In this document: positions 48,203-59,050 of the stretch, in pieces
Numbering within the stretch: the first letter of the stretch is position 1
How the letters are laid out: each line of letters begins with the position of its first letter
DNA from: Camelus dromedarius
Lineage: Eukaryota
Direction: 5' to 3'
DNA: 64,000 bases
Assembly: GCF_036321535.1 (NCBI RefSeq)
Contig: NC_087449.1
Location: 25,172,001 to 25,236,000 of the forward strand
The notes under the pieces: model-generated
Seen by the model: only the letters and a program-made list of their open reading frames with translations
Told to the model about the DNA's origin: nothing
Databases searched by the model: none
Position numbers and translations under genes: made by a program

Positions 48203-51044
48203 CTTGCAATCTAGTGGGAGCCATACAGTAAACAAAGCACAAATGAATACACAATTGCATACTGTCATAAGTGTAATGAAGGCAAAGAACCAGGTACTAA
48301 AATACAAATAATAATAACAGGATGAGGCAGGGGCATTAGGTTACGGTGGCCTCATGAATGACCTTGCTAAGGAGATACCAAGTCTGGAGTTGAAGGGAGA
48401 GGATGAGTTGGCACAAAAATAGGAGGAAGAGCTTGAGTGCATGTCCTGGGGTCAGGAGCTTAGAGCAAGAGGAACTGAAAGAGAGGTTGCAACTGCAAGG
48501 GAGACACGGGTAAGAACAGATTATTCTAGGCCATGTCAAAAAAAAAAAAAAAAAAGAGGAATTTATCTAAGGTCAGTGAAGGGTTTGAAGCAGGGGGTGG
48601 GGAAGAGGTCACAAGGTCCTATTACCATCTCAAGAACATCATTCGACTCTAATTCTCTGGAGTATGAATTGACGGTTGAGAGACTGAAAACTGGGAGAGC
48701 AGTTAGAAGTAGTTCCAGGCACAGCATGACGGTGGTCTGGACCAGGCTGGTGGCTCTGGAGATGGAGCAAAGTGGACACCCTACAGACATGCATTAGGAG
48801 CAGGGCCAACAGTTCTGGTGGGTGGCTTAGCTGCTAGGGTGATTCTACGGGTTTTGACTTGGCCGGCGAGGTGGGTGTGAAGCTGTTTACCGAGATGAAG
48901 AAGCCTGGGGGCGAACAGTTCTGGAGGGATCACAGGGGATCCAGAAAGGAGCTTCCACCAGAGTTCAACTAGCTTAAATCACAGTCCTTTTTCAGCGTAA
49001 TTTACACTCGCCTCCTCTTCCAGCTCTAAAAACACTCATAATAACCCCGCAACAATAAGCAATGTGACCTGGTGTCTTGAGATGTGGAAGGGGTGAGCTC
49101 ATACCGGGCTCCTTGGACCCTTCCACTTACTGAAGACTCAGCGAAATGTTCATCCCCTGTGCCTGCCCGGTGCTGCAGAGACTCCCGGAACTCGCAGCAA
49201 CTCTCGTGCGCCCTCGCGCGGCTATCTTCTGTATCGCAGGCTGCCGCTGGCTGGGGCGCGCACAGAATCGGAAGGGAGCAAGTTTGGGTGCGCGTGGCCC
49301 TGAGCCAGGGTTTCGTTTCTAGCCTCTGCAGCTGAAAGAGAATCAACCTGCCAGTGAAGCACATGTCCTGTCCTCACCAGCGTGCGGCAAATCAAAAGCC
49401 TGGCAAACCTCCCTGTTTAGGATCCTCAGCTGCACTAGAAAACCAGCGATGAAGGAACGGTTTGAAAGAAGGAGTAATTATATTTCAATTATGGACATAA
49501 AACTCCGAGGCTGTGCGAGGGAAGTCACAGTGGTATTTCAAACGAGCCCTTGATGCCCAGCTCTGATCTTGAAGCCAGATTTAATTGATGCATCTTTGTC
49601 TTGTCAAACGATCACACATAATGGCTCCGTGAAGCCTGCCCTGCGGCTGCGGGGGGTTTTCAGGTAAGGAAATTGTCCACTGAACAGTCAGGCTATTCAG
49701 TAATAAATGCGGGGGGCGGAGGAGGGGGTCTTCCAGCCCCCTAAGGGGAATAAGGAGCCGCATCCCCACCCTTTGCCATGGTTTGAAACAAGCGGGTTGT
49801 GGCCTTCCCAGTCGTGGAAACAAAACATTCCGGTTTAATTCATGGGTCCGAACTGGGCTATCTGGTCCTGGGGTCCGCCTTCAATTTGTCAGCCAGATAG
49901 GGAGTCTGTGTCCGAGAGCTGAGGGGAGGTGGTTTGGCAGAGACAGTGTGAATCCTGCCTCCCCCTCATCGTGTGACCTTGACTTCTGATTTATTTGAGT
50001 CTTCATTTCCACCTTTTGTAAACCGTGGGGACAATAAAACCATATCCTGAAGGATTGTGAAGATCCATCGTTCCCTCGCTCCCCAGTATTTTATTATGCA
50101 AAATTTCAAACATACAGCAAAGTAGAAAACTTTCATGGAGAACATCCACTGCCAAGATTCTGACATTAACATTTTTCTAGACTTGTTTTATCACACAGCT
50201 GTCCACATACCCGTCTACCTATTCATCCATGAATCCATCTTTTAAAAAATCCATTTCAAAGTAAATCCCAGAGAGATTTTTATTTTAAAAATTGTATCTG
50301 GCACTGTTCCTGGCCCAGATATTTCAGTTCAACAAATATTTGAACGTTTATTTTGTACCAGGCACTCTGCTAGGTGCTGGGGGTACAAGTAAGGAAGACA
50401 CTGTTTCTGTCCTTAAGGTATTCTGAATTTGACGTGAAAACAAGACATGTTAACAGATCTCCCATAATTGCATGATAGGGGAAGCTCAGGGTGACCCCAA
50501 GCAGAGGAGAGACAAATCCAGGTCTGTGAGGTCAGGGAAGGCTCCCTGAGGAAGTGACTTTTCAAAGAAGACTTTATAGCCCCTTTAACTATCATAATAT
50601 ACTTAGTGTGATGAGCACAGAAACTAGCTTTCCTCTGCCCTACTCTACAACTGAAGTTGTACCCCAAGCAGGAATCAGATGCCCAAAGATGGGTAATTAG
50701 CAATTCAAAGACGATACACTCTCGAGGTGGCTTCAAACATCACCATCTAAAATGACACAAAGGGCGCATTACCTTAGCGAAATTTTTAAGTTAGTGGAGT
50801 GAATGTGTACAAGATCTGTCGCTGGGAGGAGGATGGAAGAGGCACCCCCTTCCCCCTTGCTTAAACGGGGCCTGATGAGCTAAAGCCCAGCCCCTGCGGG
50901 GGAGCCTTCCAGGTCTGGAACTCTCAGTTCTGCCTGTCCCCTCCCACCTCCACCCCTTCCTCAGGAAGGATCTAACTGGTGGGACAGAAAGCCTGAATGT
51001 TGTTGCAGTTGCCTGGGTCTGAAACTTTTCAAGCCAGGTGTTTG

Positions 51045-51230
51045 TGGGAGGCACTAAAACAATTGTTCTCAACCCTGTCTGCACATTAGAATCCCCTGGG
51101 GAGATTTTAATAAAAGTCTTGGCTCTCACCCTTTCTTCCCCCAGTTCCCATTTAATTGGTCTGGGGTGTATCCCCAGCATTGGGCATTTAAATTATCCCC
51201 AGATGATTTTAGTGTACAGCCAATGTTAGG
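51045..51230. mobile_element. MER5-type hAT MITE
   Basis: ttgttctcaaccctgtctgcacattagaatcccctggggagattttaa...ccccagatgattttagtgtacagcca. Confidence 0.75.
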
Positions 51231-51477
51231 AACCTAAAAAGGCAGGGCGGCTGGCAGAGCTTTGTGGACAGGTGAGGGCTGCGTCTTGTGCTGTGCTCTG
51301 CTGCCTGCTGGTGTTTATGCAAGTGGCTGAACCAATCGGACTTGCTGTGCCTCAGAGGGTAGGGCGGTGAGGGAGGAAGCCTGTCTTCCTGTCCGCCTCT
51401 AGCATTTGGAGGTATTCGCTGAAAAGAACTTGGCAATTATAACTGACCACAGACCAGGAGGAAAAGGAAAGTGAATG

Positions 51478-51650
51478 CTCCAGCCCTGTGGTCCTCTAAC
51501 TTCACTGTGTATCAGATCAACTGGAGATCCTATTAAAACACAGGTTGCTGGGCCTCACCCCAGAGATTCTGATTCAGGTGGTCCAGGGCCATTTGCATCT
51601 CTCCCGGGTGATGCTGCTGACGCCTGTCAGTGGTTAAACCTCGAGCAGCA
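51478..51650. mobile_element. MER5A-type hAT MITE
   Basis: gtatcagatcaactggagatcctattaaaacacaggttgctgggcctcaccccagagattctgattcagg. Confidence 0.75.
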
Positions 51651-52067
51651 TTGCCCTCTGTGCTATGTGTGCAAAGGCCTCCGGGCGAGAGAGCTTGGCT
51701 TCTCCTGGGAAGTATTTGGTGACACCAGTGTTAATACCATTGCTGGAGATTAAGATGGAAGCTAAATCATGAAGTGCCTCAAAAACATGCTGAGCTTGGA
51801 CTTTACCCTGAGTGCAATGAGAAGCCACCTAATTAGGTATAAATACCTAGGGGTCCCTGGTGGTGGGATGGCAGAAGGAAGATCTCAGCTGTCTGCCCCT
51901 GGCGACCTGGGGAGGTGACAGTGGTGATGGTGATAGCACCACAGTCGTGGACACCAGAGGGGGCAAGAGGCTGGGAAAGGGTTGAGAACAAGGACCGAGA
52001 ACACTTCTGTGCTTACCTTAAGGCAAGGCCACCCCTAGAGGAGTTGCAGTTCAATGTCCCATAATGT

Positions 52068-52415
52068 CTGTAAATAGTTAATGCTATGTGTCAACTCAGG
52101 GTGTTTTTGGATGAGACTAACATTTAAATCTGTAGACTCTGAGTTAGCAGATTGCTCTCTGTAATGTGGGAGGGCCTTATCCAATCAGTTGAAGGCCTGA
52201 ATTAAACAAAATGATTGGCCTCTCTGAGCAAGAGGACATCCTCCTGCAGACAGCCTTCGGGCTTGTTTGCACCATCAACGCCGCTGGGTTGTGAGCCTGC
52301 CAGCCCACACTGCAGATGTTGGACTTGCCATAATTGGAGGAGCCAGTTCCTTATAATCTCTCTACACACACACCCACCCCCCATTTGTTCTGTTTCTCTA
52401 GAGAACCCTAATATG
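52068..52415 (+). mobile_element. MLT2 (ERVL) LTR
   Basis: gttaatgctatgtgtcaactc...gcagattgctctctgtaatgtgggagggccttatccaatcagttgaaggcctgaat...ttctgtttctctagagaaccctaa. Confidence 0.85.
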
Positions 52416-53929
52416 ATGTCAGACAGGAAATTTCTGCTCCCAGTCTTTAAGAACAAATGAATCTTAGCCCCTAAGGTATGGGGGAGGGTGGGTAGCACTG
52501 TAACCTGTTTGCAAACAGCTATCCTGAAGTTCCCAGGGAAATAAAAGAAGTTTCTGGAGTTGAATGGCTGGTACCCCTTCCTCCATCACCATTTCTTTTG
52601 CTCTCCCAGGAGAGGAGAGCTGGACAGGTGCCCAGTGAGGACATCAGGCGGGAGGGGTAGGTGACACTGCACCTGTCGTCAGCCATGGCTGCCTTGAATG
52701 ACTGTCTAAACCATGAGGGTGTCCAGCATGTCCTGCTGTGGGAATTCCTCCCAGAATGCAGAGCCATATGGGGAGTCGACAGACGGGGTCTTCTTTGTCA
52801 ACATCCAAAGGATATCTCTATTTTAATTTGTTTCCTAGCCCTTATTTCTGTCTTGTAAGTGCCTTGTGTTGTGGAGCTAAGTTAGGGAGAACTGAAATAA
52901 GCTTTAAAAGTTTGGGGCTAATTCAGAAGCCATGTGTGGGTGCTCTACAGTAGCTGGCTAAACTGACGAATTCCCACTGAGGTTTACTGGAGGCTCTTCT
53001 GCCTGCCAGTCAGCTGGGTGACTGGGCAAGCGGCTTACTCCCTCTGGCACGTTTCTCCCACCTGTGAGATGAGAGTGGCTTTGTGGTGAGCAGGACAGTC
53101 TCCAATTCCAAGGCTGCCAACATTTCCAAAATCTGATTCTAGAAAGAGGATCAGAAAATATTTTTCTCCTATGTAACTTTGCCCAGCATGGGTCCTGACA
53201 CTTGACAGCAACATCTTAGAGACCCAAGACCACAGCAACTTCTTGCTCCTTAAAGTGACTGGAAATGGAAGCGCTGCCCAGAACAAGTGGGGGTTAAAGT
53301 CTTTTACACACACACACGTTACTCTTCCAAATTTCAGTTTATCGTGGTGTTATGTAGACAGTGAAATGTTTCTTTTTTCATCTTTACTTAAATATAGAGA
53401 ATCTGCAGATTGAGAGTCAAGCTGTCAAAAATTTCACATTTGCACTAGGCTGACATAAAACTGAAACTATCACCTAAATTTAAAATTGTGTTCAAAAAAG
53501 TCTCACTATCCAGACTTTAATAGAAAAATAGAAGTACAAACCAAGTATAAAATTGAGGGCAATTTCAATTGCTTATAAAGTTTGAAAATCAACACTGTAA
53601 GAAAAGGTGATGTGACTCCATCTCCTAAGGCAAGACGGTGGTAGTTTTGATCCTGATAAAGTGTTCCTGGAAAAGGGTCTCCTCCTCGGGCCACCTGCAC
53701 AGGTGTGGCTGGGGACGGGGGGTGGAGAAGGATCCCAAGATCTGAGCCAAATGGGCTGTCAGTTCCAGACGCCGGGAGGAACCAAGGGGCCTTCTCTGGG
53801 ACTGTGCTTCTGTAAGTGCAAAATGCTTGCAGAAAATCAAATTGTCATATTGTGAGAAATCAATTCCCATCAACATCTTAAAACCTTTGATTCGATCAAG
53901 GATAAAGGACTTTTGCTTCCGTCCATGAA

Positions 53930-55040
53930 TTAAGTGCTATGGGAGTTGCCCACCTGCTGTAGGAAACAACTAGAAAAGTGTACATAATACATGAAACCAG
54001 TTTTCAGACGTCGGACAACAGGCATCACAGGATTTTAATGTTCAAAAGGAGGGAGCCAAGGAAAGGTCTGCAAGTGCCCCAGTTTACTGCCAGCAGGCAG
54101 TGTCCAGGCCACAAGGCCCAGGAAATGGGAACCAGAGAGACTCCCTGAGGAGCGGAGGGAGATCAAAGCTCGGGGCTGCCAAGATGGGGAAGAGGTAAGG
54201 CAGGGCGCTGGCCAGGAGGGAGCTGCAGAGTGAGAGCTACAGAGCCCTGCAGAGGGGCCCCCTTAAGTCGTGATTGGCATACTGATCTGCACGTGCATGA
54301 GAGGGAACTCCTCAAGGCCAGGAAAGGACCACCTGCAGTTCAGCCTGGGCTATGAATAGTTTCCACTTGCTAGAGTGAAAAGACCTCATAATTTATGAGC
54401 ATTGGGTAGAAATTTCAGAATAATGCCTTAATAGTGGGACAAAACTAGCCTGAAGGGCTGCATGAGACCTACCCTAAGAAAGCCTAAAAACAAGACTTGA
54501 AAGGATCAAAGTGATCACAAGCAACATGACTGAATGCCAGAACAGCCCACTGCTATTTAAAGGAATGCAAAGGAATCCATCACCCAACAATGTAAAGTTT
54601 ACAATGCTGGGCATTCAATAAAAAATTATCAAGACATGCAAAGAAGCCAAAAAATAAGACCCAACCTTAATCAGGAAAGATAAGCAATAGAAAGAGCTTC
54701 AGGGATATCGAAAATGGAATATAGCAGATAAGGATCTTAACTACTATAAACCTTAGAATATATTCAAGTGTATAAAGCAGGGGCAGAGTACAGCCTGTGG
54801 GCCTAACTTGTCCCACTGCCTGTGTTTGTAAATAAAGCTTTATTGGAACACAGCCAGCTTGCTCATTTATGTACTGTCTATTGCTGTACGCACGCTCCAA
54901 TGGCGGAGCTGAGTAGTTATGACAAAGATTGCAGAGGACTGAAAAGGCTAAAGTATTTGCTATCCGGTTCTTCACATGAAAACTTGCTGACCTCCAGTGT
55001 AAAAGAAAACATCAACACGAGGAAGGAAATGAAAAGCACA
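53930..55040 (+). mobile_element. Old L1M 5' region/ORF1 start, interrupted by MER58A
   Basis: L1M 5'-type motifs (acaactagaaaagtgtacataatacatgaaacc; ggcattcaataaaaaattatcaagacatgcaaagaagc). Confidence 0.65.
54779..54997. mobile_element. MER58A hAT MITE
   Basis: tacagcctgtgggcc...tttgtaaataaagctttattggaacacagcca...aagtatttgctatccggttcttcaca. Confidence 0.85.
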
Positions 55041-55486
55041 TTGGGTGGAATTAACGTGAAGACGGATGCAACATAGTCCCTGTTTTCAAAGCTTACCATC
55101 TGGTGGGGGGGGGGGCTGACTTCTTTGACAGTGGCTGGGTGTGAAGAAGGGAAGAAGGGAGTGGCTGGGTTAACAGAAACAGCAGTTTACAATTCCAAAT
55201 TCCTGGAATTAAGGTGCATATCAGGTTAAAATTCCTTGCCAAAGATTGATGGTGACTGAGGTGCCTTGCCTGGTTCTGGAGGGGGGCGGCAGGCGTAGGG
55301 AGTTGGTATTGCTCCCTATCCCAGGTACATCCCGTGGCGAGCCTTAGTTTCAGCTTGGCTGTGGCTTTTTGATGACACAGGGTCTAGTTCCTCAAGCTCA
55401 CAGCATTAGAATCAGTTACACACTTTGCTATCTGATTTTGAGCAACAATTCAAAACTAAGCCATCCTCAGAAATATTATCTTTTAA

Positions 55487-55605
55487 GGGCGGGCAGGGTA
55501 TAGCTCAGTGGTAGCGTGTGTGTTTGGTATGCACAAGGTCCTGGGTTCAATCCCCAGTACCTCCATTAGAAATAAATAAATAAACCTAATTATTCCCCCC
55601 TAGAA
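55487..55605 (+). mobile_element. Camelid tRNA-derived SINE (Vic-1-like)
   Basis: gggtatagctcagtggtag (A box)...ggtcctgggttcaatccccagtacctcc (B box), then the tail attagaaataaataaataaacctaattattcccccc. Confidence 0.85.
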
Positions 55606-55679
55606 AGAAACATTTTTTAAAGGCATTACTGATTGAAACCACTAGTCACCAGCATAAGTGCCTAATTTCAGACCACCTC

Positions 55680-58391
55680 CATAGATGGGTCAAGAGGTTT
55701 ATTGCTACTATTTATTTATGTAGTGCTTGCTATGAGCCAAGCACAAGACTAAGGCTTCGACTTGGGTTTACTCATTATTGTGCTTTGAAACCCCCTCACT
55801 CCCTTTCTAACTGAAGAAATAACTTGGAAAAAGTCACATGGCTACTGAGTCAGGATTCAGACTCTGGCATTGTGATGCCAAGACTCACCTTCTGGACTCT
55901 TATACCGGCTCCTTTGTGAAGGATCTTTTCTAATGCCTGAAAACATAGCTGGCAATGAACATGAGACAGCCATTAATGGATTCCAGATTTTAACAGGACA
56001 CCAGAAAACCTTGTGAAAAGTTGGATTTTTTTTTTTCCTATTAAGGAACAAAATAACTGTTGAAAAAACAAAATCAGAATCAGAAATTAAACTTTTTTTT
56101 GTATATAATAAAACTCCACTTGCTCCTTGGCAGCTACATTTATTTAGAATCTTTGGAAACATCTTAAGCACACAAACATTCAGCAGTTTTCTCTCTCCTG
56201 GTTGACTTCTCTCTCATGCTAACTCTAGTGATATCATTACTATGCTTAAACGGCCCAAATGACGAGGCTATAACAATCTATGTGGCGATGAGAAAATGAC
56301 TCCTGTCACAAATTCCCATCTTCTGTCCTCTTAGCTTGTTGGTAAGTTCTGATGAAAAAAAAATGTTTTTGGGAAGTCAGTTAATTATTAGTCATGCAAG
56401 CAGAGACAGGGCCAGTTAGGAGAAGCACTAGTTTTATCAATTTACTGCAGCAAGGAGTATAAAGCATTACAATTCCTTTATCAATAGACTTTTAGTAGCA
56501 CGTCCCAAAAGGATAGTGTGTAAATAAACACAACAATGATTTATTATTTCAAAATGTGCATTTAATGGCCATTCCATCCAATCAAGCAGAATCACATTTC
56601 AAATGTGTGTCTGTATATATATCTAGATATCTAGATACCTACACATTTTTTTTTAAGGTGCATTCTCAAGTTTTATTTGGGCTTCATTTCTTCTTGGCTG
56701 CTTGAGGTGTTCTTGCAGATACAATTAACATAGAATGTTCTGAGTCTGACAGGATCTCATGCATTGAAAGATAAGATCTAACAACACTGCGTATCTTGGG
56801 ATACATTAGAAATTTCAAAAGCCATGTGTGATTTCAGAAAACTTAATACCAGTCATGAAAGAGATTTTCAACATAAAATTTAGGCACTCTTATACTTTGG
56901 AATAACCACAAAATATTCCAACAAGAGTTAATGCACTTTGTGATTACATCTATTCCAAGATAGTTCTCAATTAAAATCTATACTTATTAAATAACATTTT
57001 AAATTAGAGCCCATTACATTTCGATAATTGTGTGAACCACCTGCAGCACTGTGTTTCAGTTAAATAACGCTGAACTACTTCTAGGACTAATCCTGGTACT
57101 CTATCTTTTGTGGCATTTTTTACATAAGAACCTATAACATTCACTTGTAAGCATCTCCCTCTTTTTCCTGCAATACCTGGATAAGAATGCTCCCAACCGA
57201 CTTTAAAGGTATTCCTGTATTTTCTGCTGTAGTTGCTTTCTTAGCATGCAAACTTCAGGAAACAGGAGGTTCCCTGGAGAACAGGAAACATTAGCCAAGG
57301 AGCCTTCACTGATTCCCAGGCTCAGTTCATTTGCTCAGTCACTTTGTGGCTGAGCGTGTTGCTCCATCTATGTTCCTACAGTCTGTGCTGCTGGACTGAC
57401 CGGTACGGAGCCAAGAGGAGGGGTACTCAAATTTGTCACTGTACTTTGCACAAGGCTAAGGCCACCCGGACCTCGGCTGACTTTATGCAAAACTTGCTGA
57501 TCTCTGCAGTGTGGTTCTGGGGCTTCTACCTCCTCATGTGCATCCTGAGGGGTGGGGATGACGTCTGCCTACGGAGATGCCTTAACTCTAGATGACCTTC
57601 CCAGACTTGAGCATAATTTAGCATTGTTAGAATTCAGAACATGGATGCTAATTGTTCCCACTGAGAATAAGGTGCATTTGCTCAGTGGTATGCATTTATG
57701 TAGCTAAGAAAACAATTAGAAAGCCGTTCAGAATTTTTAAATTACAGTCTGCAAATTGACTCATCATAATCACCAATGACTAGCTTATAAAGATCTATGC
57801 AGAGAAATGAATTTGAGACTTACTTGATGGTAAGTCGTACAGAAGAGAGCACAGTAATTTCCCACAGGAGAATTTGGTATTTCATCATGGGGCTCACTGG
57901 TAAGTTAATTACACCGCTAATGTTTTCTGGCGTATTTGAAGAGACAATTAGCAAAAGTAAATCATGAGTGAGATGACAAGTTGCTTAACATTTGTTTCTG
58001 TTCATCAGATGAGCTCCGAGGATGCTGCTCAGCCTTTGTATGAGTAGGGATGGGAGAAGGACACAAGGAATGAGAGGCTGTTAACTTCAGCTCAGCAAAT
58101 ATAATCAGAACCACTTACTACCAGTTGACAGACATTGATGTTAAATGCAAAACGGGTAAGACTCATTCAGCTGTTAGAAATTAACCTCAACAAGAGGTGA
58201 CAGATGCTGGGAAATATTAGATTGCTGACTTGGGAAATTGACATGAAACTTGGGCCATGTCTCCTGTGCGGAGAGGGTAAGTCGGTAAGAATGAAGGTGG
58301 ATTTTAGTTGAGGCTGTTTTTCATCCTCTTTCAGAACTTCGTCTTCCTATGGATATTCTACAGCATCTATCTTGTGTTCAGGGCCCAAGGC
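55680..58391 (-). other. PATJ: PATJ 3' UTR (end approximate)
   Basis: AT-rich sequence after the TGA. Minus-strand AATAAA candidates (TTTATT on +) at 56672, 56540, 56139 and 55698. Confidence 0.55.
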
Positions 58392-58538
58392 TCATGACAG
58401 CACAGTTAAGACTACAGTCCCTCTCTGGCGTTTTAGAATGGCCACAGCTTGCTCATGAGTAACACCTTCCAGAGTCTCGCCATTAACAGCTAAAATCTGA
58501 TCACCTCGCTTCAATTGGCCGTCATCTGCAGCTGCTCC
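58392..58538 (-). CDS. PATJ: PATJ (INADL) terminal coding exon, second half of the last PDZ domain
   Basis: Minus-strand acceptor tttcttgtttatAG|GGA. Translates GAAADDGQLKRGDQILAVNGETLEGVTHEQAVAILKRQRGTVVLTVLS*(TGA), the PATJ long-isoform C-terminus. Position fits PATJ-(L1TD1)-KANK4 synteny. Confidence 0.95.
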   Translation of the reverse strand, partial: GAAADDGQLKRGDQILAVNGETLEGVTHEQAVAILKRQRGTVVLTVLS

Positions 58539-58929
58539 CTATAAACAAGAAACATTCCAGTTTAATCCAGGGTGATGCAATTACTATTCATATAACATAA
58601 ATACTATGATGTGCATATTAAAAGAATAATCTTATAAACTACCAGTTAAAGTCATTTCTAGGTAATGTTTTTAAATTAAGAAGATTAAGAAAAATGTAGG
58701 ATATGTTACTTGAATAATGGTTGTATAATAACCGTAATTATGCATTGTTTACATAACATACTAGTAGAAATGTAGTGACATTCCCATTTCTTTTAATCAA
58801 GTAGGACCTTATTTCAATATTCAGCACTCAATGGAATCTGAATGTCATATCATGTCATATTCATGAATATGCAACAAACAAAGGCAGAACTGAATCTGGT
58901 GTTAGTTTTGTTGTCAACACCATCATTAT

Positions 58930-59050
58930 ATAGGGCTCCCATTGTATGATAAAGCTAGCAGCACTGTGGTAATTCGTCAAAAAGTAACTGTAGCCTCTAA
59001 ATGGGTAAACTGTATGGTATGTGAATTATATCTCAATAAAGCTGTTCTAT
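58930..59050 (+). mobile_element. L1M 3' terminal fragment in the last PATJ intron
   Basis: aaatgggtaaactgtatggtatgtgaattatatctcaataaagctgtt. Confidence 0.75.

Noticed and set aside
55499-55562. tRNA gene
   Set aside because: The tRNA-like head is degenerate in the anticodon arm and continues into a SINE tail, so it is a SINE.
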